NCBI GenBank assembly: GCA_964576465.1
Contig: CAZNXE010000007.1
Location: forward strand, 1-45,990
Reading direction: 5' to 3'
Source of the DNA: an uncultured Planctomycetaceae bacterium
GTDB taxonomy: Bacteria; Planctomycetota; Planctomycetia; Pirellulales; JAEUIK01
Length of the DNA: 45,990 bases
The notes under the pieces are model-generated. The model did no database searches. It was not told the origin of the DNA and saw nothing but the letters and a program-made list of their open reading frames with translations. How positions within the stretch are numbered: the stretch's first letter is position 1; every line of letters begins with the position of its first letter. Shown here in pieces: positions 18,152 to 27,559 of this stretch. Position numbers and translations under genes: made by a program.

Positions 18152-19582
18152 TCATGATTCGCTCTCCAGCCCAAGCTGCACAAGTCGGCGATACAATCGC
18201 GGTCGGGTCAAACCAAGCAGGGTCGCCGCCTTCGATTTGTTCCCTTTCGCTTGGTGAAGCGCCCGCCGAACGACTTCCGATTCGATTTGAGCCAGGAATT
18301 CATCCAACTGGATCGTTTCTTCTGCCTCGGGCGGACGCGCCGAGGCGGCCAACCCGTGCGCGATCTTCCTCGGTAGATCGCTTGCGGCGACCAGCGGCGA
18401 AGCCGACTGTCGACAAGCCTCGAAAACCACGCCGCGCAGCTCTTCGATCTCGCCGGGCCAGGGATAAGCGGCCAACTGATCGAGCGCATCGTGCTCGAAA
18501 CCGCCTAGCTGCTTGTCCTCTTGTGCGTTGAATTCCTCGACAAACATCTGCGCCATCAGTGGAATGTCTTCACGCCGCTCTCCGAGGGGCGGTAACTCGA
18601 TGGTCAGCGCATCCAGTCGCAACGCCAATCGCCGCCGAAAGCTCCCGGCGCGAACAAGTTCGCCGAGTGGACTTCTGGCCGTGGTGATCAATCGCATCCC
18701 GGCATGCTGGCCCTCGAGCAACGTTTCGAGTTGCAGTTGCAAGTCCTCGGGCAGCATGTTAACTTCGGCCAGCAACAAAGTCGCTCTCGCATGCCTTGGC
18801 TGGGAATCGGCCGTGGCCGAAAGGCCATGCACGGCCGAATGCAGCGTTTCGTCGGAGAGCGCGGTCGCGGAAAGATGAATAAGCCGCCCGGCGTGAGAAT
18901 CGTGCTGGCTGTAGTGGATGGCCCTCGCGATGTGTCGCCGACCGCTCCCTTCACGTCCGACAAGCAAGACGGGCCCCTTGCCACCGGAAGCCATCTCTAC
19001 CTGCTCGCGGATTCGTTGCGCGCAGCAACTACTACCAACCAGGCGGTCGACATGGTAGCGACGACCCCAGGTGAGCTGAAAGCTTCGGACCTGATCGTGC
19101 AACTCCGCTGGCAATGGGTCGTCCGCCAACAGGATCGACTCTGGTGACTGTTCGTCGTCTGCTGAGCGACTCAACGGGCCGTGCAAGGTTACGAATACCG
19201 GAAACTCGTCCGATGGTGCCTTCTCATTCCCTTGCGTCGGCGGCAACAGCGGCGAATCGACCAGCGGAGCGAACGTGGCGTGGTACCGCACTTCGACACC
19301 AGATGATGTCAGCCATGCTACGACCGTGCTTGTCGTGGAGCATCTGTCGAGGTCTGGTGGGGGACACAAGGCCGCGGCGACGGCATCTGCCCGCACGGCG
19401 CCGTCGGGTGTGTGATAGCAACACTCGCGATGAATCAGGTCGTCTGGCTCAAGCTCGGTCGCATGTGCCAACGCTTGATTGCACCACACAATGCGGCGCT
19501 GGGCACTGACCACCATCCACGGCACGGCAACCGAATCGAGCAGGCGGCGAAGTTCGTTCCAGCCGCTTCGACGTGTCGCCAT
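18152..19582 (-). CDS. Sigma-54 enhancer-binding-protein-like regulator (PAS-like N-terminus, degenerate AAA+ domain, Fis-type HTH).
   Basis: The C-terminal HTH is GNKSKAATLLGLTRPRLYRRLVQLGL. AAA+ landmarks are ARAIHYS, GSFRRRLALRLDALTIELPPLGERREDIPLMAQMFV and YPWPGEIEELRG. However, Walker A is GREGSGRR (Lys to Arg), Walker B is LLLAEV (Asp to Ala), and no GAFTGA loop is present. The N-terminal VPWMVVSAQRRIVWCNQALAHATELEPDDLIHREC is PAS-like. Confidence 0.8.
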   Translation of the reverse strand: MATRRSGWNELRRLLDSVAVPWMVVSAQRRIVWCNQALAHATELEPDDLIHRECCYHTPDGAVRADAVAAALCPPPDLDRCSTTSTVVAWLTSSGVEVRYHATFAPLVDSPLLPPTQGNEKAPSDEFPVFVTLHGPLSRSADDEQSPESILLADDPLPAELHDQVRSFQLTWGRRYHVDRLVGSSCCAQRIREQVEMASGGKGPVLLVGREGSGRRHIARAIHYSQHDSHAGRLIHLSATALSDETLHSAVHGLSATADSQPRHARATLLLAEVNMLPEDLQLQLETLLEGQHAGMRLITTARSPLGELVRAGSFRRRLALRLDALTIELPPLGERREDIPLMAQMFVEEFNAQEDKQLGGFEHDALDQLAAYPWPGEIEELRGVVFEACRQSASPLVAASDLPRKIAHGLAASARPPEAEETIQLDEFLAQIESEVVRRALHQAKGNKSKAATLLGLTRPRLYRRLVQLGLESES

Positions 19583-19831
19583 CGGTTGATATCCCGCAGG
19601 AAATGAGTTGGTTCCCTAAAGGCCAATCGTAAATGACCCCGCCGTGCCTGACAATTGTTGGCCCGCCCGACGTTCATGGCCTGGTGCAGCACGGCGGAAC
19701 CCTAAGCTGCTCAGGTGGTTCCGTCGATCGAGGTATGGTGAGAAACGGTCGGCCCCACGAATCAACCCGACTTGCTTGCCCCCGTGCCGAAGGAGGATTC
19801 TCAAAATAATACCGTCAAATTTGGCACGGTA

Positions 19832-19847
19832 TGACATACGTATGTCA
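19832..19847. promoter_or_regulatory. Perfect 16-bp palindrome TGACATACGTATGTCA, a candidate operator.
   Basis: It reads identically on both strands. It lies in an AT-rich patch of the 368-bp spacer between the nuoN stop (19951) and the EBP-like gene start (19582). A possible extended -10 (TGGTACTAT on the minus strand, 19868-19860) lies just upstream of it relative to the EBP-like gene. Confidence 0.35.
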
Positions 19848-19950
19848 CAGGCGTTTTCTATAGTACCAGCCGCCATCACACGATGCGGGGCAGACGCAGA
19901 CGGACAGCGGCCAAGAATACCTTTGGACAGTCAACGATCCTTGGGTTCGC

Positions 19951-21672
19951 CTAATCTTGGCCGCTGCCGTCGTTTTTGTTGGCAGCCAGCCCGATTCGCG
20001 ATTGGCCCGTCAAAACTGCCGGATCTCCTTCATCGACGACCGAAGATGGTGAATCTTGGTCGGAGGGGAGATCAGCCGCGTGAACTTCCGCGATCCGCGA
20101 ACGTTCTGTCTTCTCGATTGCCGCGGCTTGGACCGACGTCTGTTCTCTGCCACGAAGCGAACTGCTAGCCAGCAGCGAAGATTCCCACAGTGGTCCAGAA
20201 GCCACACCCGATCCTACGATGAACAATGCGGAGAGGGCCATGGCTAGCCAAGCTCCCGCGCCGCCATCGGCTTGGGGCGTGGCGAGTGGTTTACGAAAGT
20301 ACATGACGCCGATAATCCGCAGGTAATAGACTGCGGCAATGGCGGCATTGATCACGCCAATAATGGCCAGCCACACAAACCAGCCCCGCAGAGGACTGGA
20401 ACCCTCGATGCCCGCATCCACCGTCAGCGCTGAACCGAAGAGAGCCAGCTTGCCCCAAAAACCGGCCAGCGGCGGAATACCCGCCAGCGAAAACATGAAC
20501 ACCGCCAAGGCAAGCGCCGCCAAGGGCTGACTGTGCCCAAGACCTGCCAGTTCGTCAATACCGTCGACTTCGTGTCGTTCGTCGCCGAGATAGGTCAAGG
20601 CGGCGAAAGTCCCCAGGGTCGCCACCGCATAGACGGTCATGTACAGCAAAATGGCCGCCACCCCGTCGAAGCCCGAGGCCGACGTGCCGCCGGTGTAGGC
20701 AATCGCAAATGCCACGGCCAGCCCAATGAGCATGTAGCCGGCATGTGCGATGGATGAATAGGCCAACAGCCGACGAAGGCTATCTTGCCACAAAGCGAGA
20801 ATGTTTCCGATGGTCATCGTGAGGATGGCCACGATGAGTGCGATCCGCCAACCGATCGGCTCCATCGTGGGCATGGCAATCAACAACACGCGAACCAGGG
20901 CCGTCATCCCGGCAACCTTCGGGAGGATCGACAAGATGGCGGCGTTGGCGTTTGTTGTTCCTTGGTAAACGTCGGGGGCGTAGAAGTGAAACGGAACGGC
21001 GGCGATTTTGAAACCAAGCCCGGCGAAGATAAACAGCACCGCCAAGGAGGCCATCAGCGGCCATCCTTTTTCATCCACGACACCTCCGGCGAGCGCCGCC
21101 TGCACGTCGCTGAGATGGGTCGAACCAGCCAGGCCATACAAGAAGCTGAAGCCATACAACATGAAGGCCGAGGCCAGAATGTTGAGGAAAAAGTATTTGA
21201 CGGTCGATTCGTACGAACCGGTGTTCTTGCGACCCAGGAACAATAGCACATAGGTCGGAATGGAGATCAGCTCGAGTCCCAGAAACAACATCACTAGCTC
21301 TTGGCTGGTCGAGACGATCATGATTCCGACCAAGGCCAGCAACAGCGAACCAACAACTTCCGAGCCTTGGTGTCGCATCGCAATGCGACCGGTGAGCATG
21401 ACGAACAGGCCGCCGATGCCCAAGGCGAACCAGCGAACGAAGAGCCCGAAGGCATCGTCGGCCAGCGGTCCGCTCATCCCACCACCGCCAACCTGCGAGA
21501 GGGCCAGCGCCGCGCCCAACAGCCCCGCGCCCGCGATCCAACTCCACAGCCATCGGGCAGACGAAAACGCCCCGATGACGAAGATCAGCGTGGCCACGGC
21601 GATCAGCACGATCTCTGGCAAGAGCTGGATGACCGTGCCGGCTGTCAGAATTCTCTCACTCACGTCTGGCAT
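19951..21672 (-). CDS. nuoN: NADH-quinone oxidoreductase subunit N.
   Basis: This polytopic antiporter-like subunit is the last gene of the nuo cluster. It carries a ~80-aa hydrophilic C-terminal tail. Confidence 0.9.
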   Translation of the reverse strand: MPDVSERILTAGTVIQLLPEIVLIAVATLIFVIGAFSSARWLWSWIAGAGLLGAALALSQVGGGGMSGPLADDAFGLFVRWFALGIGGLFVMLTGRIAMRHQGSEVVGSLLLALVGIMIVSTSQELVMLFLGLELISIPTYVLLFLGRKNTGSYESTVKYFFLNILASAFMLYGFSFLYGLAGSTHLSDVQAALAGGVVDEKGWPLMASLAVLFIFAGLGFKIAAVPFHFYAPDVYQGTTNANAAILSILPKVAGMTALVRVLLIAMPTMEPIGWRIALIVAILTMTIGNILALWQDSLRRLLAYSSIAHAGYMLIGLAVAFAIAYTGGTSASGFDGVAAILLYMTVYAVATLGTFAALTYLGDERHEVDGIDELAGLGHSQPLAALALAVFMFSLAGIPPLAGFWGKLALFGSALTVDAGIEGSSPLRGWFVWLAIIGVINAAIAAVYYLRIIGVMYFRKPLATPQADGGAGAWLAMALSALFIVGSGVASGPLWESSLLASSSLRGREQTSVQAAAIEKTERSRIAEVHAADLPSDQDSPSSVVDEGDPAVLTGQSRIGLAANKNDGSGQD

Positions 21673-21692
21673 GATGCTCGATTACGAATCAA

Positions 21693-23447
21693 TTAAGGGC
21701 GGGATTGGTATTCGCGCTGTGGTGAAGCCAAGGGAAGGCCCGTGGTATTCACAAGCTGCGGTTTCTGAATTGTTTGGTCCGACCGGTCTGTTGTGGCGAC
21801 GTTGACCGTGTGTTGCGGATGATTGCCCAATTCGTTGGCAGTCGCTTCTGGCTGTTGCGCCACATCGGATGGTTCCGCGCCGCCCAGGTTTTGCTCCACG
21901 TGCGGTGCGACTCCGGCCACGATGCGGTGAAGGTCGGGGGCCATTCGGTCTAAAAAGAACTGCGGTTGGATGCCAATCCAAAACACGAAAACGGCCAAGG
22001 GTGCCAAGGCAGCGATTTCTCGGAACGACAGATCTCGGATGGGCTCATCGGCAGCGGTGTGCGTTGCTTCGTGAACGGGTCCGAAGAAGACACGCTGGAT
22101 GAGCCACAACATGTACCACGCACCCAGCACGACGCCGAGCACCGCCAGGACGGCAATCACTTGAAGTTGGAACTGCCACACGCCGGGCGCTTCGGCCCAT
22201 GCTCGCTGGAACATGCCGATCAACAGCAAGAATTCGCCCGCAAAACCGTTCAGCCCCGGAAGGCCGATGCTCGAAAAGGTCATCAGCAGCATGAACGCCG
22301 CCAACCATGGCGTGCGTAGGGCTAGCCCACTTAGCTCTTTGATTTCGCGCGTGTGATATCGTTCGTAGAGCATTCCGACTATGGCGAACAACGCGCCGGT
22401 GGAGAGCCCGTGATTGATCATTTGCAGCACGCCACCCTGCATGCCCAGGTCGTTCAAGGCGAAGAGCCCCAGCATGCAGAACCCTAGATGGCTGACGCTG
22501 GAGTAGGCGATGAGCCGCTTCATATCGCTTTGCGCCAGCGCGACCAAGGCACCGTAGATGATGCCGGCAACCGATAACCACAAGACATAGGGCATGCACA
22601 ATGCCGCCGCGTCGGGCAACAGCGGCAAGCTGAAGCGAACGAAACCGTAGGTGCCGATCTTTAGCAACACGCCGGCCAAAATCACACTTCCGGCCGTGGG
22701 AGCCTGCACGTGTGCCAGTGGAAGCCATGTATGCAGCGGAAACAGCGGCACCTTAACGGCAAAGCCCGCGAACAGGGCAACAAAGATCAACACTTGCATT
22801 TGGGCCGGCATGGGATGTACGGCCAAAATATTGGTTAGCCCGGCGATGCTGAACGTCATCGTGCCCGTCTCGCTGTATCCCCAGAGCACGATGGTGATGA
22901 GCCCCAGAAACGTTAACACACTGCCGGCGAGGGTGAAGATGAAGAACTTCATCGCGGCGTAGCGGCGTTCTTCGTGCCCCCAAATTCCGATCAGGAAGAA
23001 CAGCGGGATCAGCGTGAACTCGAAGAACACGTAGAACAGCATGATGTCTCGGGCGGCGAACACCCCCAGCATGCCAGTCTCCAGCACCAGCAACAACATA
23101 TAGAAGCTCGGTGCCCGATCGTCCACGGCTTCCCAACTGACCAGCACCGCCGTGATCATCAACAAGGCACTAAGGCCATAGAGCCAGACACTCAGCCCAT
23201 CGAGCCCGAGGCTGAACCGCACATCGAGCGCATGATCGCCCACGGCGAGCCACGTCCAATCGACAGCATATTGATCGCCTACGGCAGGGTCGAACTGGGC
23301 AACCACCAACCCGCTGCAAATCAACGTGACAACCGACGTCACCAGCGCCACCACGCGGGCAGTTTCTTTACCACCGGGGGCCAGCGCCCAAATGGCGGCG
23401 GCACCAAACAGCGGCAGAAAGATGCTAATGACCAGCAAATTGACCAT
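21693..23447 (-). CDS. nuoM: NADH-quinone oxidoreductase subunit M.
   Basis: It is an antiporter-like subunit with KVPLFPLHTWLPLAHVQAPTAGSVILAGVLLKIGTYG and MKRLIAYSSVSHLGF. It carries a ~70-aa hydrophilic C-terminal tail. Confidence 0.93.
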   Translation of the reverse strand: MVNLLVISIFLPLFGAAAIWALAPGGKETARVVALVTSVVTLICSGLVVAQFDPAVGDQYAVDWTWLAVGDHALDVRFSLGLDGLSVWLYGLSALLMITAVLVSWEAVDDRAPSFYMLLLVLETGMLGVFAARDIMLFYVFFEFTLIPLFFLIGIWGHEERRYAAMKFFIFTLAGSVLTFLGLITIVLWGYSETGTMTFSIAGLTNILAVHPMPAQMQVLIFVALFAGFAVKVPLFPLHTWLPLAHVQAPTAGSVILAGVLLKIGTYGFVRFSLPLLPDAAALCMPYVLWLSVAGIIYGALVALAQSDMKRLIAYSSVSHLGFCMLGLFALNDLGMQGGVLQMINHGLSTGALFAIVGMLYERYHTREIKELSGLALRTPWLAAFMLLMTFSSIGLPGLNGFAGEFLLLIGMFQRAWAEAPGVWQFQLQVIAVLAVLGVVLGAWYMLWLIQRVFFGPVHEATHTAADEPIRDLSFREIAALAPLAVFVFWIGIQPQFFLDRMAPDLHRIVAGVAPHVEQNLGGAEPSDVAQQPEATANELGNHPQHTVNVATTDRSDQTIQKPQLVNTTGLPLASPQREYQSRP

Positions 23448-23500
23448 CTTGGGTTACCGTGGTGTTGAAATGCTCGTTGATCTGAAGGTGTGTTTAGAAA

Positions 23501-25642
23501 CTACTGCGGTGGCCATTGCAGGTAGGCCTCGACCAAGACCAGCACCAACAGCCCCAGCACCATGGCCAGGGCGTAGAACTGAATCATCCCGGTTTGAAGA
23601 TGTCGAAACAGGCGGCCAACTGTCTTGGGCACCGCACCCACGGAGTTGACGATTCCGTCGACAAAAAACCGATCCAACGAATATGCAACGACCGCCAGTG
23701 CCCGGGTGGGCACGATGATCAAGAGATCGTAAATTTGATCGATGAAGAACTTGCCGTATGAAAGCACGTAGGCCGGCCTGAGGAGCGTCGTTAGCACGCG
23801 CAAGGCCCGACGGTCGCCGAAGTACAAGAATGCGGCGATGCCGATCCCGGCAACAGCAACGCCCGTGCTGAGCATGGCCACATCGCCGTGCATTTGCAGT
23901 CCCTCGGCGGGCAATGTCGCGAACAACGGACCGTACGCCAGCGACGGAGTCGACCATAGAAAATGGGCAAATGTGTGCCCGTAGGTAAACACGGCACCAA
24001 CCAACGTGGCGCAGATGGCCAAAATCACCAGAGGGGCCGTCATCCACACAGGCGATTCATGGGCATGATCGCCCGCCTCTTCTGGGATGCGTAACTCACC
24101 GTAAAACGTGAGAAAGAAAGCGCGGAACGTGTAAAACGCCGTCATCCCGGCTGTTGCAACCGCGGTCCAGTAGAACACCTCGAACCACGTGCTATCGTGC
24201 CCTGCGGCGTGAACGGCGGCGAGGAGTTCGTCCTTGCTCCAAAAGCCGGCCAGCGGAGCAATGCCCGCCAAGGCCAAACAGCCGATTAGAAATGTCCAAT
24301 GCGTGTAAGGCATGATGCGACGCAAGCCACCGAAACGGCGGATATCGATCACGCCGCCCATGGCGTGCATCACACTGCCGGCGCCAAGAAACAACAGCGC
24401 CTTGAAGAAGGCATGGGTGAACAGATGGAACATCCCGGCGGTGATTCCGACTAACGTGCCGGTGCCCAGACCGAGGAACATATAGCCGAGCTGGCTGACC
24501 GTGGAATAGGCCAGCACTCGTTTCAGATCGTTTTGCGTTAAGGCAATCAGCCCTGCCAACAGTGCCGTGAAACATCCGATGGCCGCGACGGCGAACTGCG
24601 CCTCGGGCGAGGCAAAGTACAGCGGCGCGCAGCGGGCGACCATATAGACGCCGGCGGTCACCATCGTGGCGGCGTGAATCAGCGCGCTAACCGGCGTGGG
24701 GCCTTCCATCGCATCGGGCAGCCACACGTGCAATGGAAATTGTGCACTTTTGCCGCAAGCCCCCAGCAGCAGTAACAAGCAGATGGCTAGCCCAACACCT
24801 CCACCGACGAAGCCGCCTTCGGCCTCCAAACGCGAAGCCCCGAAGATGCCCGAGACAATGTTTGCCTCGCCAGCTTCCACGCCTTCGACGACGGTGGCGG
24901 CCGGTGCGACGGTATCGTGAAAATTCAGCGTGCCGTAGGTGGTCCACAAGAGGAACACGCCGAGCGCGAATCCGAAGTCGCCCACCCGATTGACGAGAAA
25001 GGCCTTCTTGCCCGCCTCGGCGGCTTCCGGCTTTTGATACCAAAAGCCAATCAACAGATAGCTGCACACGCCGACCGCTTCCCAGAAGACGTATAGCAGC
25101 GCGAAATTGCTGACCGAAACCAGCATCGTCATCGAAAAGACGAACAGCGAAACGTAGGTGAAAAACCGCCAGTAGCCAGGGTCGCCATGCATGTAGCCAA
25201 TCGAATAGATCACAACCAACGTCGAGATGAAGGTCACCATCGACAGCATGATGCAGGTCAGCGGATCACTTCGCAGAACGATGCTAATATCCAGGTCGAA
25301 CGACTTGGCGGCCGCGGTTCCTTCGCCCGATGATGCGGTCGTCGTAGTGAGAGCATCGGAAACATTGGCCCAGGTCCAAAGTGAGATGACGTGTTCGTAG
25401 GCGATGGGAGCCGCGCCGTGATGAGCATCATCTCCGGCGGCGGCCTGGTGTTCACGATCTTGGATTTCGCCATGTACCGTGGTCAGCAAGGCAATGCTGA
25501 GCACGAACGACGAGGCGATGGCCACCACCGCCGGCAGATGGCTGTACCCTTTCAGAATGCGAGGCCCCAATAGGGCGGTGACCAGCGTCGCGACCAGGGG
25601 CAGCGCCGGAATCATCACCATTAATAGATCGATGTCATACAT
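23501..25642 (-). CDS. nuoL: NADH-quinone oxidoreductase subunit L.
   Basis: Motifs seen are GKSAQFPLHVWLPDAMEGPTPVSALIHAATMVTAGVYM and LKRVLAYSTVSQLGYMF. The ATG at 25642 (MYDIDLLMVMIP) overlaps the nuoK stop by 8 nt. The track ORF extends to 25687. Confidence 0.93.
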   Translation of the reverse strand: MYDIDLLMVMIPALPLVATLVTALLGPRILKGYSHLPAVVAIASSFVLSIALLTTVHGEIQDREHQAAAGDDAHHGAAPIAYEHVISLWTWANVSDALTTTTASSGEGTAAAKSFDLDISIVLRSDPLTCIMLSMVTFISTLVVIYSIGYMHGDPGYWRFFTYVSLFVFSMTMLVSVSNFALLYVFWEAVGVCSYLLIGFWYQKPEAAEAGKKAFLVNRVGDFGFALGVFLLWTTYGTLNFHDTVAPAATVVEGVEAGEANIVSGIFGASRLEAEGGFVGGGVGLAICLLLLLGACGKSAQFPLHVWLPDAMEGPTPVSALIHAATMVTAGVYMVARCAPLYFASPEAQFAVAAIGCFTALLAGLIALTQNDLKRVLAYSTVSQLGYMFLGLGTGTLVGITAGMFHLFTHAFFKALLFLGAGSVMHAMGGVIDIRRFGGLRRIMPYTHWTFLIGCLALAGIAPLAGFWSKDELLAAVHAAGHDSTWFEVFYWTAVATAGMTAFYTFRAFFLTFYGELRIPEEAGDHAHESPVWMTAPLVILAICATLVGAVFTYGHTFAHFLWSTPSLAYGPLFATLPAEGLQMHGDVAMLSTGVAVAGIGIAAFLYFGDRRALRVLTTLLRPAYVLSYGKFFIDQIYDLLIIVPTRALAVVAYSLDRFFVDGIVNSVGAVPKTVGRLFRHLQTGMIQFYALAMVLGLLVLVLVEAYLQWPPQ

Positions 25643-26081
25643 GGGTACGGTACGGGACCTCTTCTTCTTCGCTGGTTTCCGGCTCAATTCCCGCGGGGGT
25701 CAGTTGCGGCCACACCGGCTTGTCGGCTTCGATCTCCGGCACGCGCCGATCAACATAGGTACCCTGATTCGACTCCCGCAAGTGCTGCCAGAAGGCAATA
25801 TCGAGATGGCCACTACGTTCGTACAACATCAGCACGAGCGCCAGTAAGATTCCGGCTTCACAGGCAGCCACGGTAAGAATGAAGATCGTCAGGATCTGAC
25901 CATCCCAGTTGTTATGAAAGCGACTCCAGCCGACCAGGCTGACCGAAACGCCCTGCAACATCATCTCGGCGCAGAGGAACATGACGATCATGTTGCGGCG
26001 GCAAAGGAAACCCACCAGCCCGATGCTGAACAACATCGCACCAACGAACAAATAGTCCTGTAGAAGCGTGATTTCGTTCAT
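25635..26081 (-). CDS. nuoK: NADH-quinone oxidoreductase subunit K, with a ~45-aa acidic C-terminal extension.
   Basis: The start MNEITLLQDYLFVGAMLFSIGLVGFLCRRNMIVMFLCAEMMLQG (ATG 26081) lies 4 nt after the nuoJ stop. The three-TM NuoK core is followed by ...PEIEADKPVWPQLTPAGIEPETSEEEEVPYRTHV. The track ORF extends to 26183. Confidence 0.88.
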   Translation of the reverse strand: MNEITLLQDYLFVGAMLFSIGLVGFLCRRNMIVMFLCAEMMLQGVSVSLVGWSRFHNNWDGQILTIFILTVAACEAGILLALVLMLYERSGHLDIAFWQHLRESNQGTYVDRRVPEIEADKPVWPQLTPAGIEPETSEEEEVPYRTHV

Positions 26082-26085
26082 CGGC

Positions 26086-26967
26086 TCAGCGCTCCTCGCG
26101 TGGGTTGTCTGCCGCCATGCCGGCGGGAATATTGCTTCGACGCAGCGGACCCCGACCGTGGACGATGATGGCCACCGCGCCAACCAGCGCCGCCAGCAGC
26201 AATGTGCCAGCGATTTCGACTGCCAGCAGATGACGCGTGAACAACTGCGCGCCCAGCTTGGCCATGTGATTGTCGGTCAACACGCCCGCGCGGAGCGCTT
26301 CCATCCGAGGGTTGGACGGGACTTCTTCAATAACCTCCGCCTGCTCGTCCGTTTGCTCACTCTCAGCGGCAGGCTCGGAAGCCTGAACGTCTTCGACCAC
26401 GTCATCCGCTTCAGAAAGCATCGCCAAGGCAACCGTTTCCTTTGATTCCGCGGCGGTCGATTGCCCCAACTCGACGGAAATAACCATCGTGAGCAAGCCG
26501 ACCATGATCGCCCCGGTGATGGCGGCCAAGTTACCCTCCCAGGTCACACGGTCGTAATACGCGTGACCCTCGGGCTGGGCGAGCATGATCACGAACAAGA
26601 ACGTTACCAGAATCGCACCGGCGTAAACCACCACCGTGGCCACACCCAAGAACTGAGCGCCATGCACGAACATTAAGCCACCAGAGGTGAGCAGCGTGAG
26701 CGCGAACCAAATGGCGGAGTAAACCGGATTGCGACAAGTGACCGTGGCGACCGCGGCGGCAATGGTCACGGCGGCCAACACTTGAAACGTGCTGCGGTTG
26801 ACCCATTCTTCAACCAACGGCACGCGCGAAGCGAGCAATCCGCCGCCGATGAGCGCGAGGACCACGCCGATCATACGGCCACGCATCGCCCCTCGGGGCA
26901 ACATCAGCCACAGACCGATCGCGATCAGCAGCGTGGCGACGGCGTACAGGGTAAAGGTGGAATTCAT
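26086..26967 (-). CDS. nuoJ: NADH-quinone oxidoreductase subunit J, with an acidic insertion.
   Basis: The call rests on gene order and the hydrophobic profile (NPVYSAIWFALTLLTSGGLMF..GAQFLGVATVVVYAGAILVTFLFVIML). Its start forms an ATGA overlap with the nuoI stop. An acidic insert spans residues ~168-222. Confidence 0.88.
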   Translation of the reverse strand: MNSTFTLYAVATLLIAIGLWLMLPRGAMRGRMIGVVLALIGGGLLASRVPLVEEWVNRSTFQVLAAVTIAAAVATVTCRNPVYSAIWFALTLLTSGGLMFVHGAQFLGVATVVVYAGAILVTFLFVIMLAQPEGHAYYDRVTWEGNLAAITGAIMVGLLTMVISVELGQSTAAESKETVALAMLSEADDVVEDVQASEPAAESEQTDEQAEVIEEVPSNPRMEALRAGVLTDNHMAKLGAQLFTRHLLAVEIAGTLLLAALVGAVAIIVHGRGPLRRSNIPAGMAADNPREER

Positions 26968-27524
26968 TGCAGGGCCTTGCCGGGGGCCGGCTCAACAGGC
27001 GGTTTTCCGGACACCGAAACCATGGGCTCCGCTTCGATGGTCTGGTCGTACACACTGAGCAACTTCTCTTTGTCGAAAATCATTTCCTCGCGGCTGCGTC
27101 CCGTAAGATCGAACATGCTGGTCAGCTCGATGGCATCGACGGGACAAGCTTCCTCGCACATGCCGCAAAAGATGCAACGCAGCTCGTCGATGACGAAGCT
27201 CTCGGGATACTTCTCGCGATCGGGCCAAGGGCTCTCGGCGGCCAGAATGTCGATGCAATGTGCCGGGCAAGCCGTGGCACACAAGAAGCAAGCCACGCAC
27301 TTCACGCGGCCCTCGCTGTCACGATTCAAGCGATGCACGCCTCGGTAGATCAACGGGTTGCCAAACTTGGGGCGTTCCTCGGGAAAGCTTTGCGTTACTT
27401 TCTTGGAAAACAAGTGCTTGGTCGTCGTCGTTAATCCTTGCACGATCAACGGCACGTACATCCGGCCAGAGATCCCCAACCGGGGTTCTTCAAGCCATTT
27501 GATGTTTGAACGGGCGGACTTCAT
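26964..27524 (-). CDS. nuoI: NADH-quinone oxidoreductase subunit I (2x[4Fe-4S] ferredoxin).
   Basis: The two cluster motifs are CVACFLCATACP and CIFCGMCEEACP. Confidence 0.95.
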   Translation of the reverse strand: MKSARSNIKWLEEPRLGISGRMYVPLIVQGLTTTTKHLFSKKVTQSFPEERPKFGNPLIYRGVHRLNRDSEGRVKCVACFLCATACPAHCIDILAAESPWPDREKYPESFVIDELRCIFCGMCEEACPVDAIELTSMFDLTGRSREEMIFDKEKLLSVYDQTIEAEPMVSVSGKPPVEPAPGKALQ

Positions 27525-27559
27525 CGGTCTACAACCTTCGCGGTTTCCCGCGGTCTGTG

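Noticed and set aside
19909-19962. The inverted repeat CGGCCAAGA...TCTTGGCCG spanning the nuoN stop, considered as the nuo terminator.
   Set aside because: The loop is ~36 nt and no U-run follows on the minus strand, so it is not a convincing intrinsic terminator.
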